Assembly: GCA_947449005.1 (NCBI GenBank) | Contig: CANFPP010000002.1 | Coordinates: forward strand, 30,781 to 94,780 | Origin: Holosporales bacterium | Lineage (GTDB): Bacteria > Pseudomonadota > Alphaproteobacteria > Paracaedibacterales > CANFPP01 | Direction: 5' to 3' | Length of the DNA: 64,000 nt | In this document: one piece after another, positions 1-9,692 of the stretch | Layout: each line of letters starts with the position of its first letter | How positions within the stretch are numbered: the first letter of the stretch is position 1 | Translations under genes and position numbers: made by a program | Notes under the pieces: model-generated | What the model was told of the DNA's origin: nothing | The model's input: the letters and a program-made list of their open reading frames with translations, nothing else | The model's database searches: none

Positions 1-970
1 TGAGTAAATGATTCGGTTTATAATGAAAGCCAGTCTCAATTGAATGTTCTTGAAGATACGCCTTTAAAGAATCTCTTTTATCAGGATTAACCTTAACCGG
101 GAACATATGAGGATCTGTAATGTTTCTATCAATCTGGAATTGTTCGATATTTTTCGTATCTAAAAGTCTATCGTATTCAGTTAATAACTGGCGTCTTGTT
201 GCTGCAAAACGATCAATTTTCTTCAGCTGAGCTCTGCCAATTGCCGCGTTAATGTTGCTCATGTGATAACGCCATCCTTGTTCGGTGACATCAAAATCCC
301 AGGAACGTTGACCAGAGTAACGCTTATCAGAATCCTTTTCGACCCCGAGCAACCTTAGATCTTTGATCTTGGCGTTTATTTTTTTATCTTTTGTAACAAC
401 AGCGCCACCTTCACCGCAGGTAATGTTTTTAATGCTATCAAAGCTAAAGCAAATAATATCTCCAGTAGCGCCCACGCGTTGCCCTTGGTAATAACCACTA
501 AAGGAATGAGCAGCATCTTCGATAACACGCAAATTATGGCGTTTGGCAAGCTCATAAACGCCAGCTAAATCTCCGAATCCTCCGGCATAATGAACGGGCA
601 TCAAAGCTTTTGTGCGGGGGGTTATTTTCCTTGCTGCATCTTCAACATCCATAAAGCCAGTCGAGAGATCAACGTCACAAGCTATCGGAGTTGCTCCAGT
701 TGCAGAAACCGCTTGAAACGAGGCAACATAAGTTAAAGATGGAATAATCACTTCGTCACCAGGGCCTATGCCACAAGCTTGTGTTGCAAGATGAAGCGCA
801 GATGTTCCAGTATTAACGCAGGCAATCTCAACATCATTGCCAATGAAAGCTTTTAGCTCCGTTTCAAAGAGCATAACCTCTTTGCCCATGCCGAGATAAC
901 CGTCTGCAAATACGCGATCAATCGCTTCTCTTTCTTCCACACCTAGGCAGGCTTGTGAGATTTTAATCAT
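1..970 (-). CDS. DegT/DnrJ/EryC1/StrS-family PLP-dependent sugar aminotransferase. Partial: the C-terminus lies beyond the window start.
   Basis: Absent from the ORF track because no stop falls inside the window. Hand translation of the minus strand from ATG 970..968 gives MIKISQACLGVEEREAIDRVFADGYLGMGKEV...RVIEDAAHSFSG...ICFSFDSIKNITCGEGGAVV. The frame stays open to base 1. The SFxxxK..GEGG PLP-lysine region is typical of the family. Confidence 0.8.
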   Translation of the reverse strand, partial: MIKISQACLGVEEREAIDRVFADGYLGMGKEVMLFETELKAFIGNDVEIACVNTGTSALHLATQACGIGPGDEVIIPSLTYVASFQAVSATGATPIACDVDLSTGFMDVEDAARKITPRTKALMPVHYAGGFGDLAGVYELAKRHNLRVIEDAAHSFSGYYQGQRVGATGDIICFSFDSIKNITCGEGGAVVTKDKKINAKIKDLRLLGVEKDSDKRYSGQRSWDFDVTEQGWRYHMSNINAAIGRAQLKKIDRFAATRRQLLTEYDRLLDTKNIEQFQIDRNITDPHMFPVKVNPDKRDSLKAYLQEHSIETGFHYKPNHLL

Positions 971-973
971 GAA

Positions 974-1735
974 CTACTTCTTTCCTTTTAAAGTGATGCT
1001 TCTGAGTGCGCGTTTGCAAATTCGATTCGTTATTGCATGATCAGATTTCCAAGTTTTGCAAATTTCTCTTACCCATTCAGGCTGCGTTTTACTCGCATCG
1101 TTTAACCAATTCGCAACGGAATTTTGAACATAAACTGAAGGGTCTTTTTTTAAAGGAGAGAGCAGGGGTAATGCCAATTCTGGTTGCTCTTTAAGGGTAA
1201 AAATATGTTTGCACCAAACTCCACGCGGGCGGGTAATTTCAACTGCAAAACGCCTGACATAATCAGATTCATGACTGATCCAGGGCATTAAAATATCGAT
1301 GGCCGCGTGGATATTATCAGCAATATAAGGCCGTTGAGAAATCCAAGCCCATTCCCGCACACCAAAATGAGGATCATTAGCAAGTGGGAAAATATGTTCT
1401 AAACGTTCAGACAAAGATAGATTATCTGCGATTGCTAAGTGGTATGCTGCCCAACCTCTAACTGTGTCTGATGTATGTTGTACAAGAGTTTTATAACCAT
1501 CAATTCCAAGACTGTTAAACAGAATACTACCGGCATCAGCCATACGTTTGATGATGCCTCCGCTCTTCAGTGTTTGACATACATCGAGTGAAATCTGCGG
1601 ATGTGTTGATTGCATGAGAATTGAAAAATCGATAGCCAATCCTTCAACTAAGTTTAGGGTTTCGAGCTTTCCTTGGTTTAACTCCTCTAAGACCTCAGGC
1701 AGGACATCTTTTAAGGTGCGTGGCGCTTTTCTCAT
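974..1735 (-). CDS. DNA alkylation repair protein (AlkD/AlkC-like HEAT-repeat family)
   Basis: 253-aa ORF with motifs HFGVREWAW, DYVRRFAVEITRPRGVW and VQNSVANWLNDASK, which are characteristic of the DNA_alkylation family. It is tightly packed with its neighbours. Confidence 0.65.
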   Translation of the reverse strand: MRKAPRTLKDVLPEVLEELNQGKLETLNLVEGLAIDFSILMQSTHPQISLDVCQTLKSGGIIKRMADAGSILFNSLGIDGYKTLVQHTSDTVRGWAAYHLAIADNLSLSERLEHIFPLANDPHFGVREWAWISQRPYIADNIHAAIDILMPWISHESDYVRRFAVEITRPRGVWCKHIFTLKEQPELALPLLSPLKKDPSVYVQNSVANWLNDASKTQPEWVREICKTWKSDHAITNRICKRALRSITLKGKK

Positions 1736-3312
1736 TTTTTCTTCTTTGATTGGTTCGCTTCAATAATCTCATTGCGATAATCATCTAATGTACCTAAATG
1801 AGGCTTAATTGTTTTATTCGCAACAACCCACAAACGATCAACAGTATGCGTTAAAAGATGCCAATCATGGGTGATTAAAATAACAGCTCCTTGAAACTCA
1901 TTAATAGCATAAATGAGAGATTCTCGCATTTCTATATCCAAGTGATTGGTAGGCTCGTCGAGGATTAAGATATGAGGGCGAACAGCCGTAATCATGGAAA
2001 AAACAAGGCGTGCCTTTTCTCCGCCTGATAAACTTCCAACCGCGACGTTTGCTTTATCTCGTGAAAATCCAAAACAACCTAACTGTGTACGGATGGCGGT
2101 CTCATTTGCTGTCGGCATAAGATTTTGAAGATGATTATAAGCCGTTTCCTTTAACATAAGCGTTTCTAACTGATGCTGATGAAAATAACCAATTCGCATT
2201 TTTGGTGGCGTTGTAAATGTGCCTGATAAAGGTTTTAGCTGGCTTGCCAAAAGTTTAGCGAACGTTGATTTACCATTTCCATTTGCCCCTAAAAGAGCAA
2301 TGCGATCATCAGGATCTATTCTGCCGCTTAGATGATGGAGAACCGTGTTTTTTTCATAGCCTAATGAGACTTTATCATAGTTAATCAATGGCGGTGCTAA
2401 AGGCTCTACATCTGGAAAGGAAATTTTAATACTTGGATCGTTAAGCACGATATTAACAGTCTGCAATTTTGCAATTGCCTTCATGCGGCTTTGTGCTTGT
2501 TTAGATTTTGAGGCCTTTGATTTAAAGCGATCAACGAAGGATTGCATATGTTTGCGTTGTGTCTCTATTTTCTCATTATAAGCGGCACTAAAAGCCATTT
2601 GCTGCTGAGAGGTACGTTCATAAAAATCATAATTACCGCTATATTTTGTAAGCTTTCCTTTTTGTAAGTGAAAGATAGTGTTGATTGTTGAGTTAAGTAA
2701 ATCTCTGTCATGACTAATGAGCAAAAGACTGTGTGGATATTTCTGTAAAAACTCTTTCAACCAAAGTGTCGCCTCTAAGTCCAAATGGTTCGTTGGTTCG
2801 TCGAGCATCAATAGATCTGGCGTTTGAAATAAGGCTGCAGCCAGTGCGACACGCATCCGAAATCCTCCAGAGAAAGAGGATAGCGGTTGCGCCTGTTGTT
2901 CTTCTGAAAACCCTAATCCTTTTAAAATGGCTGTGGCTCTGCCTTCAGCATTATAGGCATCAATTTGAATTAACCGCTCATAGACATCTGCAAGAAGATT
3001 TGGATCTTCAAAGTTTTCAGTTTGATGCAGAAGCTCAGTTCTTTCAATATCAGAAGCCAAAAGGAACTCTAAGGGAGTTTGATCTCCGCCTGGCACTTCC
3101 TGGGCCACACTAATAATTTTCATCCCATTTGATATGCGGATTGTACCGCCATCAGATTGAGACTCCCCCAATATCAATTTAAAGAGAGTAGATTTTCCTG
3201 AACCATTTCGCCCAATTAAAGCGGCACGGTGCCCATCTGGAAGTTGCAATTGTACATCATCGAGCAACACTTGCCCCCCGATGCGATACGTCAGGTCATT
3301 TATACTAAGCAT
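1732..3312 (-). CDS. ABC-F family ATPase (two ABC domains, no membrane domain)
   Basis: 526 aa. Two Walker A motifs (GRNGSGKST, GANGNGKST), two signature motifs (SFSGGFRMR, SLSGGEKAR) and two Walker B motifs (LLMLDEPTNHLD, ILILDEPTNHLD). Confidence 0.9.
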   Translation of the reverse strand: MLSINDLTYRIGGQVLLDDVQLQLPDGHRAALIGRNGSGKSTLFKLILGESQSDGGTIRISNGMKIISVAQEVPGGDQTPLEFLLASDIERTELLHQTENFEDPNLLADVYERLIQIDAYNAEGRATAILKGLGFSEEQQAQPLSSFSGGFRMRVALAAALFQTPDLLMLDEPTNHLDLEATLWLKEFLQKYPHSLLLISHDRDLLNSTINTIFHLQKGKLTKYSGNYDFYERTSQQQMAFSAAYNEKIETQRKHMQSFVDRFKSKASKSKQAQSRMKAIAKLQTVNIVLNDPSIKISFPDVEPLAPPLINYDKVSLGYEKNTVLHHLSGRIDPDDRIALLGANGNGKSTFAKLLASQLKPLSGTFTTPPKMRIGYFHQHQLETLMLKETAYNHLQNLMPTANETAIRTQLGCFGFSRDKANVAVGSLSGGEKARLVFSMITAVRPHILILDEPTNHLDIEMRESLIYAINEFQGAVILITHDWHLLTHTVDRLWVVANKTIKPHLGTLDDYRNEIIEANQSKKKK

Positions 3313-3399
3313 TATACATCAAATCTGCTGAAATTCTTAAAGAAGTACAATCAATTAAATAGCAGAAAAAGTCAAAGGTTTCTCGTGTTATTATTTTTT

Positions 3400-3957
3400 C
3401 TATCTTGAGGCATCTTCATTAAACATTCTTATTAAACTTGCATCCATAAAGGGAATGCCAAAGCTTTTTGCTGCTTCTTCGTCATGCCAAGTATCTCCAA
3501 TCATAATACTTGTATCTTTATCAATGGTTTGTGCGAATTCCTCTTTCGCAACATCTCTCATAACGACAAACATCCCTACATCTGGTTTTTTAAATTGGCC
3601 AATATATTTTTGGTAACGTAGATCTTCATGGGCTTTTTTAATAATAATACTATTATCTGATTTTTTAATGACAACATAGCAAGCAACGCCACCTATATTA
3701 GGAGAAAAAGCGGCAGCATTAATTGGAAGCTTGGCCATCAAATCAATAAATTTATCTGTTATTTTTTCAATATCAAAATCTTGAGCTTCACTTTCTGGAG
3801 ATTTGAATCCAGAAATAATGAAATTAAAATCAGAATTTTGCATTGCTTCTTTCACGCCTGGTAAAACAACCTTTGTGTGATCTCCTGAATCATTAGGGTT
3901 TTTTGAACCTATTACAGTGCCATCATTATCCCAAATCAATATTCTTTGTTTAATCAT
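3400..3957 (-). CDS. HAD-superfamily (IIIA-like) hydrolase
   Basis: N-terminal DxDGT motif (IWDNDGTV) and C-terminal GDxxxD (IGDTWHDEEAA). 185 aa. Confidence 0.55.
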   Translation of the reverse strand: MIKQRILIWDNDGTVIGSKNPNDSGDHTKVVLPGVKEAMQNSDFNFIISGFKSPESEAQDFDIEKITDKFIDLMAKLPINAAAFSPNIGGVACYVVIKKSDNSIIIKKAHEDLRYQKYIGQFKKPDVGMFVVMRDVAKEEFAQTIDKDTSIMIGDTWHDEEAAKSFGIPFMDASLIRMFNEDASR

Positions 3958-3983
3958 TCTCTTATTTTAGAGTGCTCAACACA

Positions 3984-4847
3984 CTATTCTGGTTCAACGA
4001 CAGTAACTCCAGCGGGGTGGTGTGTGTCTTCAGAAACAATAGCGTGACTTTCTGGTGTTAGCGTTGCAGGAACGTGTATCTCGGCTGCAAGAGGGGCAAC
4101 TTCTGGTGCTGTTGCTGTGGGTATCTCGGCTACGGGTTCTGCTGCTACTGCTGCTGGTTGTTGTGGTGTTTCTACAGGAGCGGCTGCGATGTGAGCTTCT
4201 GTCGGTTGTGATTCTGTTGCTGGTGCTGCTACTTCAGGAATTGGTGCTGTTTCAGCTGGCGTCGCTGCAGCAGGAGTTTCTGTTGAGGACGAGTGTGTTT
4301 CCGTTGTTGGGTTTATTATAGCAGGAGTTTCTGCTGGGACTACAGCTGTTTCGGCAGGCACTGCAGGCTCTGAAAGTTCAGAAAAATTATCGTCTAAAGA
4401 AATACTTTTATTGTATTGATGCCATTGATAAAAAGCAAAAACGAGAACAATGCTGATTAAAATTGATAACCAAAAAACACGTTTTGAAACAAAATCTGGC
4501 TCAGCTGGAATAGGCATCAAAACAGGTGCTGTTTTTGTTTGGTTTGTTTGAAATTGATGAGCCATATTAAGACGATGTAGTAACGCTTCTCCATCTAAAT
4601 CAACAAACTTTGCATACGCTTTAATAAATCCGGCAACATATATTGTTCCTGGAAGATCATTAAGGCGACCTTCTTCAATGGCCATTAAATAGGGTGGACG
4701 TATGTGAATATGATCTGAAACTTTTTTAATGGAATAGTCTTTTTCTTGCCTGGCAGCTGCAATTGTTTGTCCTATAACGATGGCAGACGCTGAATAATCA
4801 TTGCTGTCTGCTGATGTTTCACTATGATTTTGTGCTGTGCTATTCAT
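3984..4847 (-). CDS. RodZ-like HTH membrane protein with a P/A/E/T-rich low-complexity C-terminal tail
   Basis: N-terminal XRE-type HTH (IGQTIAAARQEKDYSIKKVSDHIHIRPPYLMAIEEG...GFIKAYAKFVDLD), one TM segment (VFWLSILISIVLVFAFY), then about 140 aa of PAET/PVET-type repeats. Confidence 0.55.
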   Translation of the reverse strand: MNSTAQNHSETSADSNDYSASAIVIGQTIAAARQEKDYSIKKVSDHIHIRPPYLMAIEEGRLNDLPGTIYVAGFIKAYAKFVDLDGEALLHRLNMAHQFQTNQTKTAPVLMPIPAEPDFVSKRVFWLSILISIVLVFAFYQWHQYNKSISLDDNFSELSEPAVPAETAVVPAETPAIINPTTETHSSSTETPAAATPAETAPIPEVAAPATESQPTEAHIAAAPVETPQQPAAVAAEPVAEIPTATAPEVAPLAAEIHVPATLTPESHAIVSEDTHHPAGVTVVEPE

Positions 4848-5087
4848 GATTCAATATTCCAGTTCCTTGTTGATCTTTTTAAGGGTATTTAAACCAATAC
4901 TGATTAGCAAGAGGTGATTTAATTTTATTTAAAATTTTCTCTAATTAATGTCAATGAGCTAATCTCTGGAAAATATCTTGACATTTTTTTGGAAATCTTT
5001 ACCAACTCTGAATTATATCACTCTCTAATATTTCCATTTAAGAGAACGGTAAATATTTATCAAGCCTTTTGTGAGGAAGAATTTATT

Positions 5088-6212
5088 ATGAGTCATGATA
5101 ATCATCGTCCCTATCGTGTGATTAACCGCAGGAAAACGCGCCAGATTTTTGTTGGATCTGTACCGATTGGTGGTGATGCTCCTATCACAGTACAGTCCAT
5201 GACAAACACGCTGACAACGGATGTTGAGGCAACTGTTGCACAGGTACGTCGGTTGCAAGACGTTGGGGCGGATATTGTTCGTATCTCTTGCCCTGATGAA
5301 GAATCAACTCTCGCTCTTGCAAAAATAATTCCTCAGATTCAAGTTCCAATTGTTGCAGATATCCATTTTCATTATAAGCGTGCGATTGAAGCTGCGAAAG
5401 CTGGTGCAGCCTGTTTGCGTATTAATCCAGGGAATATCGGCTCAAAGGAACGCGTTGCAGAAGTTGTGCAGGCTGCAAAAGATTATAACTGCGCCATCCG
5501 AATTGGCGTGAATGGCGGTAGTCTTGAGAAATATCTTCAGGAAAAATATGGTGAACCTTGTCCAGAAGCAATGGTTGAGAGCGCGTTGACGCATGCAAAA
5601 ATTCTCGAAGATCATGATTTTTTTAACTTCAAAATTAGTGTGAAAGCATCGGATGTTATGCTTGCGGTTGCTGCTTATAAAGGGCTTTCGGAGGTTTGTG
5701 ACTATCCATTGCATTTAGGTATTACAGAAGCGGGCGGCCTTCGTTCCGGAACAATTAAATCATCTATTGGTATTGGTATGTTATTGATGCAGGGAATTGG
5801 TGATACGATTCGCATCTCTCTATCAGCTGAACCAGAAGAAGAAATTCGTGTTGGATTTGATATCTTAAAGTCTTTGGGATTGCGCCACAGAGGGGTTAAT
5901 GTCATTTCTTGCCCGTCATGTGCTCGTCAACAATACGACGTCATTAAGACAGTTGAACTGCTTGAACAACGCCTTTCTCACATTACAACGCCTCTAACAG
6001 TTTCTGTTATTGGGTGTGTTGTGAATGGTCCGGGCGAGGCTAAATCTACAGATATTGGCTTTACCGGCGGTGGCAATGGAACGCATCAGGTTTATATTGC
6101 TGGTCTTCCGGCTCATCGTTTGAAAGATGAAAACATTGTTGATCACCTCGTTATGATGGTGGAAAAAAAAGCTGCAGAGATTGAGGCTGAGAAGATAGCT
6201 CTTGCGAGTTAA
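5088..6212 (+). CDS. ispG: 4-hydroxy-3-methylbut-2-en-1-yl diphosphate synthase (IspG/GcpE)
   Basis: The sequence ...[25 protein letters not shown]...CPSCARQ...GCVVNGPGE is diagnostic. I prefer ATG 5088, preceded by gaggaag at 5073..5079, over the TTG-initiated track ORF start at 4989. Confidence 0.95.
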   Translation: MSHDNHRPYRVINRRKTRQIFVGSVPIGGDAPITVQSMTNTLTTDVEATVAQVRRLQDVGADIVRISCPDEESTLALAKIIPQIQVPIVADIHFHYKRAIEAAKAGAACLRINPGNIGSKERVAEVVQAAKDYNCAIRIGVNGGSLEKYLQEKYGEPCPEAMVESALTHAKILEDHDFFNFKISVKASDVMLAVAAYKGLSEVCDYPLHLGITEAGGLRSGTIKSSIGIGMLLMQGIGDTIRISLSAEPEEEIRVGFDILKSLGLRHRGVNVISCPSCARQQYDVIKTVELLEQRLSHITTPLTVSVIGCVVNGPGEAKSTDIGFTGGGNGTHQVYIAGLPAHRLKDENIVDHLVMMVEKKAAEIEAEKIALAS

Positions 6213-6251
6213 TTAGGTTTACTCTTAAATTAACACCAGAGTTTTATCGTA

Positions 6252-7193
6252 ATGAAAGATCATATGATGCGAGTGACAAAACGCGTTAAGGAAATACTTA
6301 GCTTTTATGAAAGTGACAGTCCTGGAATTAAAAATAATCTAGCTCGCATTTTGATGCAGGGGCGTCTTGCAGGAACGGGTCATATGGTTATCCTTCCCGT
6401 TGATCAGGGATTTGAGCACGGACCACGGACATTCGCCACAAATCCTGCTGCCTTTGATCCCCATTATCATTATCGTATGGCTGTGGAAGCTGAACTATCT
6501 GCTTACGCTGCTCCGCTGGGATGGCTAGAGGCGGGGGCTGATACTTTTGCAGGTGAGATTCCAACAATTTTAAAGATGAACAGTAGCAATAGCTTGTTAT
6601 GTAAAACAAATGCTCCTGATCAGGCTATAACAGCATCGATTTCGGATGCTTTGCGCTTAGGTTGCGCTGCGATTGGGTTTACAATTTATCCTGGATCAGA
6701 TTCTTCTCTTGAGATGTTTGAAGAAATTCGTGATTTAGCGCTTGAAGCGAAAGCTTGCGGATTGGCGGTCGTTATTTGGTCATATGCGCGCGGTAACATG
6801 TCAAAAGAAGGGGAAACGGCTATTGATGTTGTATCCTATGGCGCACATATTGCAGCTTTACTAGGGGCCCATATCATTAAGGTAAAGCTACCAAGCGCTC
6901 ACTTAGAATTTCCAGAAGCTAAAAAGCAATACCTCGATAATAATATTAAAATTGATACGATGGCTGATCGGGTTCGTCATGTGGTTCAATCTTGTTTTAA
7001 CGGTAGAAGAATGGTTGTATTTTCTGGTGGTGAAGCAAAAGATGTGAATAGTGTTCTCGATGATGCACGTGCAATTTGTGCGGGTGGTGGTAATGGTTCG
7101 ATCATTGGTCGTAATAGTTTTCAACGTCCTTATGATGAGGGGATGAAGTTATTAACGCAGCTAACGAGTGTTTATCTCGATCATAAAATTTAA
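6252..7193 (+). CDS. Class I fructose-bisphosphate aldolase (DhnA/FbaB type, DeoC/LacD aldolase fold)
   Basis: 313 aa. MVILPVDQGFEHGP, the IIKVKLP lysine region and GGNGSIIGRNSFQRP are typical of archaeal/DhnA-type class I aldolases. Confidence 0.7.
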   Translation: MKDHMMRVTKRVKEILSFYESDSPGIKNNLARILMQGRLAGTGHMVILPVDQGFEHGPRTFATNPAAFDPHYHYRMAVEAELSAYAAPLGWLEAGADTFAGEIPTILKMNSSNSLLCKTNAPDQAITASISDALRLGCAAIGFTIYPGSDSSLEMFEEIRDLALEAKACGLAVVIWSYARGNMSKEGETAIDVVSYGAHIAALLGAHIIKVKLPSAHLEFPEAKKQYLDNNIKIDTMADRVRHVVQSCFNGRRMVVFSGGEAKDVNSVLDDARAICAGGGNGSIIGRNSFQRPYDEGMKLLTQLTSVYLDHKI

Positions 7194-7207
7194 GAAAGAA
7201 ATACGAA

Positions 7208-7774
7208 ATGAAAATACAAAGTTTATTATTAGTTGGTCTTTTATGTGGTTGTGCGACAAAGCCTGTTGAGCCTCTTGTTTGCCCTAGTCATGCAATCATT
7301 AGTGATTTAGCGCAGCTGCCTCTTACTACGAGCAACCATACCCCTAGCTACGTTAAAATAAAAAATTTAAAAATGAATTGCGATGATGGGAACACCTTTA
7401 AATTATCATTCGGAACGGAAGCAGTAATTGCGAGTGCACTTAAATCAGGCGACGCTATTGTTGTTCCTTACTTTATTGCCGTTGTTGATGGAAAAGAAAC
7501 CGTTTTGGATCGTAAAGATTACATTCTAAAAGTTCCTGCAAAATCATTCTCACAAACGCATGAGGGGACTAATTTTGCCGAGAATACTTTCTCAATCAAT
7601 TATACTGTTTCTGAGAATTTTAATCGACGCCAAGACCGCTTGCTTGTTGGTTTGACCTTAAGGCCTGATCAACGTCAATTTGTGGCGGTTGAAAAAGCTG
7701 CAAAGTTAGAGCTTCTTAAACAGGAAGCAAATATTCAAGAAATTCAGCAGAAGAAAATAAAGGCAGCTCAGTAA
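7208..7774 (+). CDS. Hypothetical lipoprotein
   Basis: Lipobox LLVGLLCGCA at the N-terminus. No recognisable domain. Confidence 0.5.
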   Translation: MKIQSLLLVGLLCGCATKPVEPLVCPSHAIISDLAQLPLTTSNHTPSYVKIKNLKMNCDDGNTFKLSFGTEAVIASALKSGDAIVVPYFIAVVDGKETVLDRKDYILKVPAKSFSQTHEGTNFAENTFSINYTVSENFNRRQDRLLVGLTLRPDQRQFVAVEKAAKLELLKQEANIQEIQQKKIKAAQ

Positions 7775-7790
7775 ACCCGTTCTTATCTTT

Positions 7791-7816
7791 GTTATCCCCG
7801 CGTAGGCGGGGATAAC
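7791..7816. terminator. Strong GC-rich hairpin between convergent genes (possible bidirectional terminator or RNA-stabilising stem)
   Basis: gttatccccgc-gtag-gcggggataac is an 11-bp perfect stem, extendable to 14 bp by flanking ttt/aaa. It lies between the stops at 7774 (+) and 7825 (-). No canonical U-tract follows it in either direction. Confidence 0.5.
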
Positions 7817-7824
7817 AAACAACC

Positions 7825-9069
7825 TTATGCTTTCTCTTTCAAGAGAACATTTCCCTTATCAATAATTGTCAGCATAGCATCACTGGCACGCTTGTCGCCT
7901 TTAATAACACTTGTCATTTCAGCAACAATTAAGTCACGAATTTTAGGAAAATTGGGCAGTAAAATCCCTCTATTATAATCCAATGGTGCGCTTCTCGAAA
8001 ATGCTTCTTGGACTAATCGTGCTGATTTTGGTAATTGATTATTAACTGGTACCGCAACAACAGGGATACAACCTGTTTTCTCCTGCCATTTTCTTTGTGT
8101 GTTTACATCGGCCAAGAAGGTTAAGAGTTTTATAAGTGCCGTTTTCTTTTGTGTTGAATAATGTTTTTTTGCAACCCAAAACGCAGACCCTCCTGCAATT
8201 GTTTTTCCTGCTGAGCCAATGCTTTTCCAATAAGGGAAATGCGCTACGCCAATTTCAAAGCGACCATTAACAATCTTTTCTAAAATTGGAAGTCGGTTTG
8301 CGCCTTGACTTAGGAAAACAACTTCACTCTCTGCAAAAGCCTTCTCAGCTTCAGGGCCAGCTTTTAGAGAAAAAAGCCCTTCGCCATACCATGTTTGCAA
8401 AAAAGTCCAATGTGTATGAAAAAATGGATTATCTACTAGCTGTGCATTGTGACCATCAATTCCGTTGCCTTTTGTTGCAATGGGAATATTGTGAATGGCG
8501 CCAATTTGATCCATGTGATGGCCTGAAAGCCAACCCGATGCTAACGTCAGCAATGTGCCTTGGTTTTTAAATTTACGTGCCATTTTTTCAAAATCTTCAA
8601 ACGTTTCAGGCGGTGTTGCGCCAATGCTATCTAAAAGTGTTTTGTTGTAAAACATTATGACTGATGAAGCCAGAAAAGGCACGCATTGTAAGTGCTTGGC
8701 GTGCCCTTTATAAAACGATGATATAGCAGGAATAAAAGTAGGCGCTGTTTTTTCATCCCATGAGAACACCTTGTCAATAGGAATAAACTTTTTCGCATCT
8801 TGCATAACAACTGTGCCCATTTCAAAAATCTGCACAACGTCAGGTTCTTCTGGATTTTTAAGAAATGCATCAAGAGTTTGGTTATAGTTGCCTTTTGTAA
8901 TGGCTGTAACTTTTATCAAAGGATTTTCTTTTGAAAAATCATCAATTAACTCATTGAAAATTTTTGCAATTTCTCCATCCAATCCATGCCAAATAACTAA
9001 GTTTTCTTGAGCACAGTTAGCATTCGATATTCCTAGAATGAACAAAAAATAAGGTAGTAATTTTCTCAT
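7825..9069 (-). CDS. ABC transporter periplasmic substrate-binding protein (family 1, UgpB/sugar-type). Orphan: no permease or ATPase genes nearby.
   Basis: Signal peptide MRKLLPYFLFILGISNANCA, then an SBP_bac_1-like sequence. I prefer the start at Met15 (9069), which removes the overlap with the upstream gene. Confidence 0.7.
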   Translation of the reverse strand: MRKLLPYFLFILGISNANCAQENLVIWHGLDGEIAKIFNELIDDFSKENPLIKVTAITKGNYNQTLDAFLKNPEEPDVVQIFEMGTVVMQDAKKFIPIDKVFSWDEKTAPTFIPAISSFYKGHAKHLQCVPFLASSVIMFYNKTLLDSIGATPPETFEDFEKMARKFKNQGTLLTLASGWLSGHHMDQIGAIHNIPIATKGNGIDGHNAQLVDNPFFHTHWTFLQTWYGEGLFSLKAGPEAEKAFAESEVVFLSQGANRLPILEKIVNGRFEIGVAHFPYWKSIGSAGKTIAGGSAFWVAKKHYSTQKKTALIKLLTFLADVNTQRKWQEKTGCIPVVAVPVNNQLPKSARLVQEAFSRSAPLDYNRGILLPNFPKIRDLIVAEMTSVIKGDKRASDAMLTIIDKGNVLLKEKA

Positions 9070-9086
9070 TGAATTAGGGCCTTTTC

Positions 9087-9599
9087 TTATACTTGCGCAA
9101 CAAAACGCCATGGTTTATCTAAACCTTGTTTAATACCAATCCGAGGTGTTGTAAATACGGATAGTTTTTTCCCCACATCAGCAACGAAGAATTTATCTGA
9201 CCCAATGATATCTAAACCATTATGATTTTTGTTCATTCCCAAATGTCGGCAAAGTTTTCCAGGCCCGTCTAAAAGATGTGGCTCAGGTTTTATGAGTTGG
9301 AGAGAGCGAATCAAAACTGCCGCCGGAAAGTCCACAGCTTCTGTTACGAAATTCAAACAATGGTACATACCATAGATCATGTAAACATAGGCATGCCCCG
9401 CTTTGCCGAACATGATTTCTGTGCGCGGTGTTTTTCCGCGTGCTGCGTGACACGCTGGATCATCAACACCAATATATGCTTCTGTTTCTGTAATGTATCC
9501 TTGAAATTCATTAAAGACTAATAGTTTACCCAAAAGATTCTCTGCCACTTCAAGAGTGGGTTGTTCAAAAAAACTACGCGGTAAGGATTCGAAATTCAT
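9087..9599 (-). CDS. mpg: DNA-3-methyladenine glycosylase (Mpg/AAG family)
   Basis: LLGKLLV...GYITETEAYIGVDDPACHAARGKTPRTEIMFGKAGHAYVYMIYGMYHCLNFV...AVLIRS matches the family throughout. Confidence 0.85.
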   Translation of the reverse strand: MNFESLPRSFFEQPTLEVAENLLGKLLVFNEFQGYITETEAYIGVDDPACHAARGKTPRTEIMFGKAGHAYVYMIYGMYHCLNFVTEAVDFPAAVLIRSLQLIKPEPHLLDGPGKLCRHLGMNKNHNGLDIIGSDKFFVADVGKKLSVFTTPRIGIKQGLDKPWRFVAQV

Positions 9600-9692
9600 G
9601 ATTGAAAATTATATCTCTTGAGACTTCATGTCACTAACAAACAAAAATATTGTGTGATACCTTCTCTAAAAAACGCACATCTGGGGAAACCA

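Noticed and set aside
2733-3113. Many antisense or out-of-frame ORFs of 60-126 aa lie inside long genes. Examples: 2733..3113, 4055..4321, 5025..5905, 8042..8873, 29558..29896, 37457..37798, 40547..40870, 46825..47222, 52398..53496.
   Set aside because: They are shadow ORFs fully embedded in well-supported genes, have low-complexity or odd composition, and show no independent signals.
4989-5087. Long N-terminal extensions offered by the ORF track: ispG from 4989, the SBP from 9111, rsmH from 50495, the GyrI-like gene from 11386, and the ATPase from 32388.
   Set aside because: The extensions have no homology-like sequence. They start at weak or non-ATG codons or create large overlaps with neighbours. 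Internal Met codons give canonical N-termini (an RBS for ispG, a signal peptide for the SBP).
7791-7816. The hairpin was considered as a canonical intrinsic terminator.
   Set aside because: The stem is strong, but no U-tract follows it on either strand, because the flanking T and A runs pair to extend the stem. It is kept as a lower-confidence terminator or stabiliser rather than a textbook rho-independent terminator.
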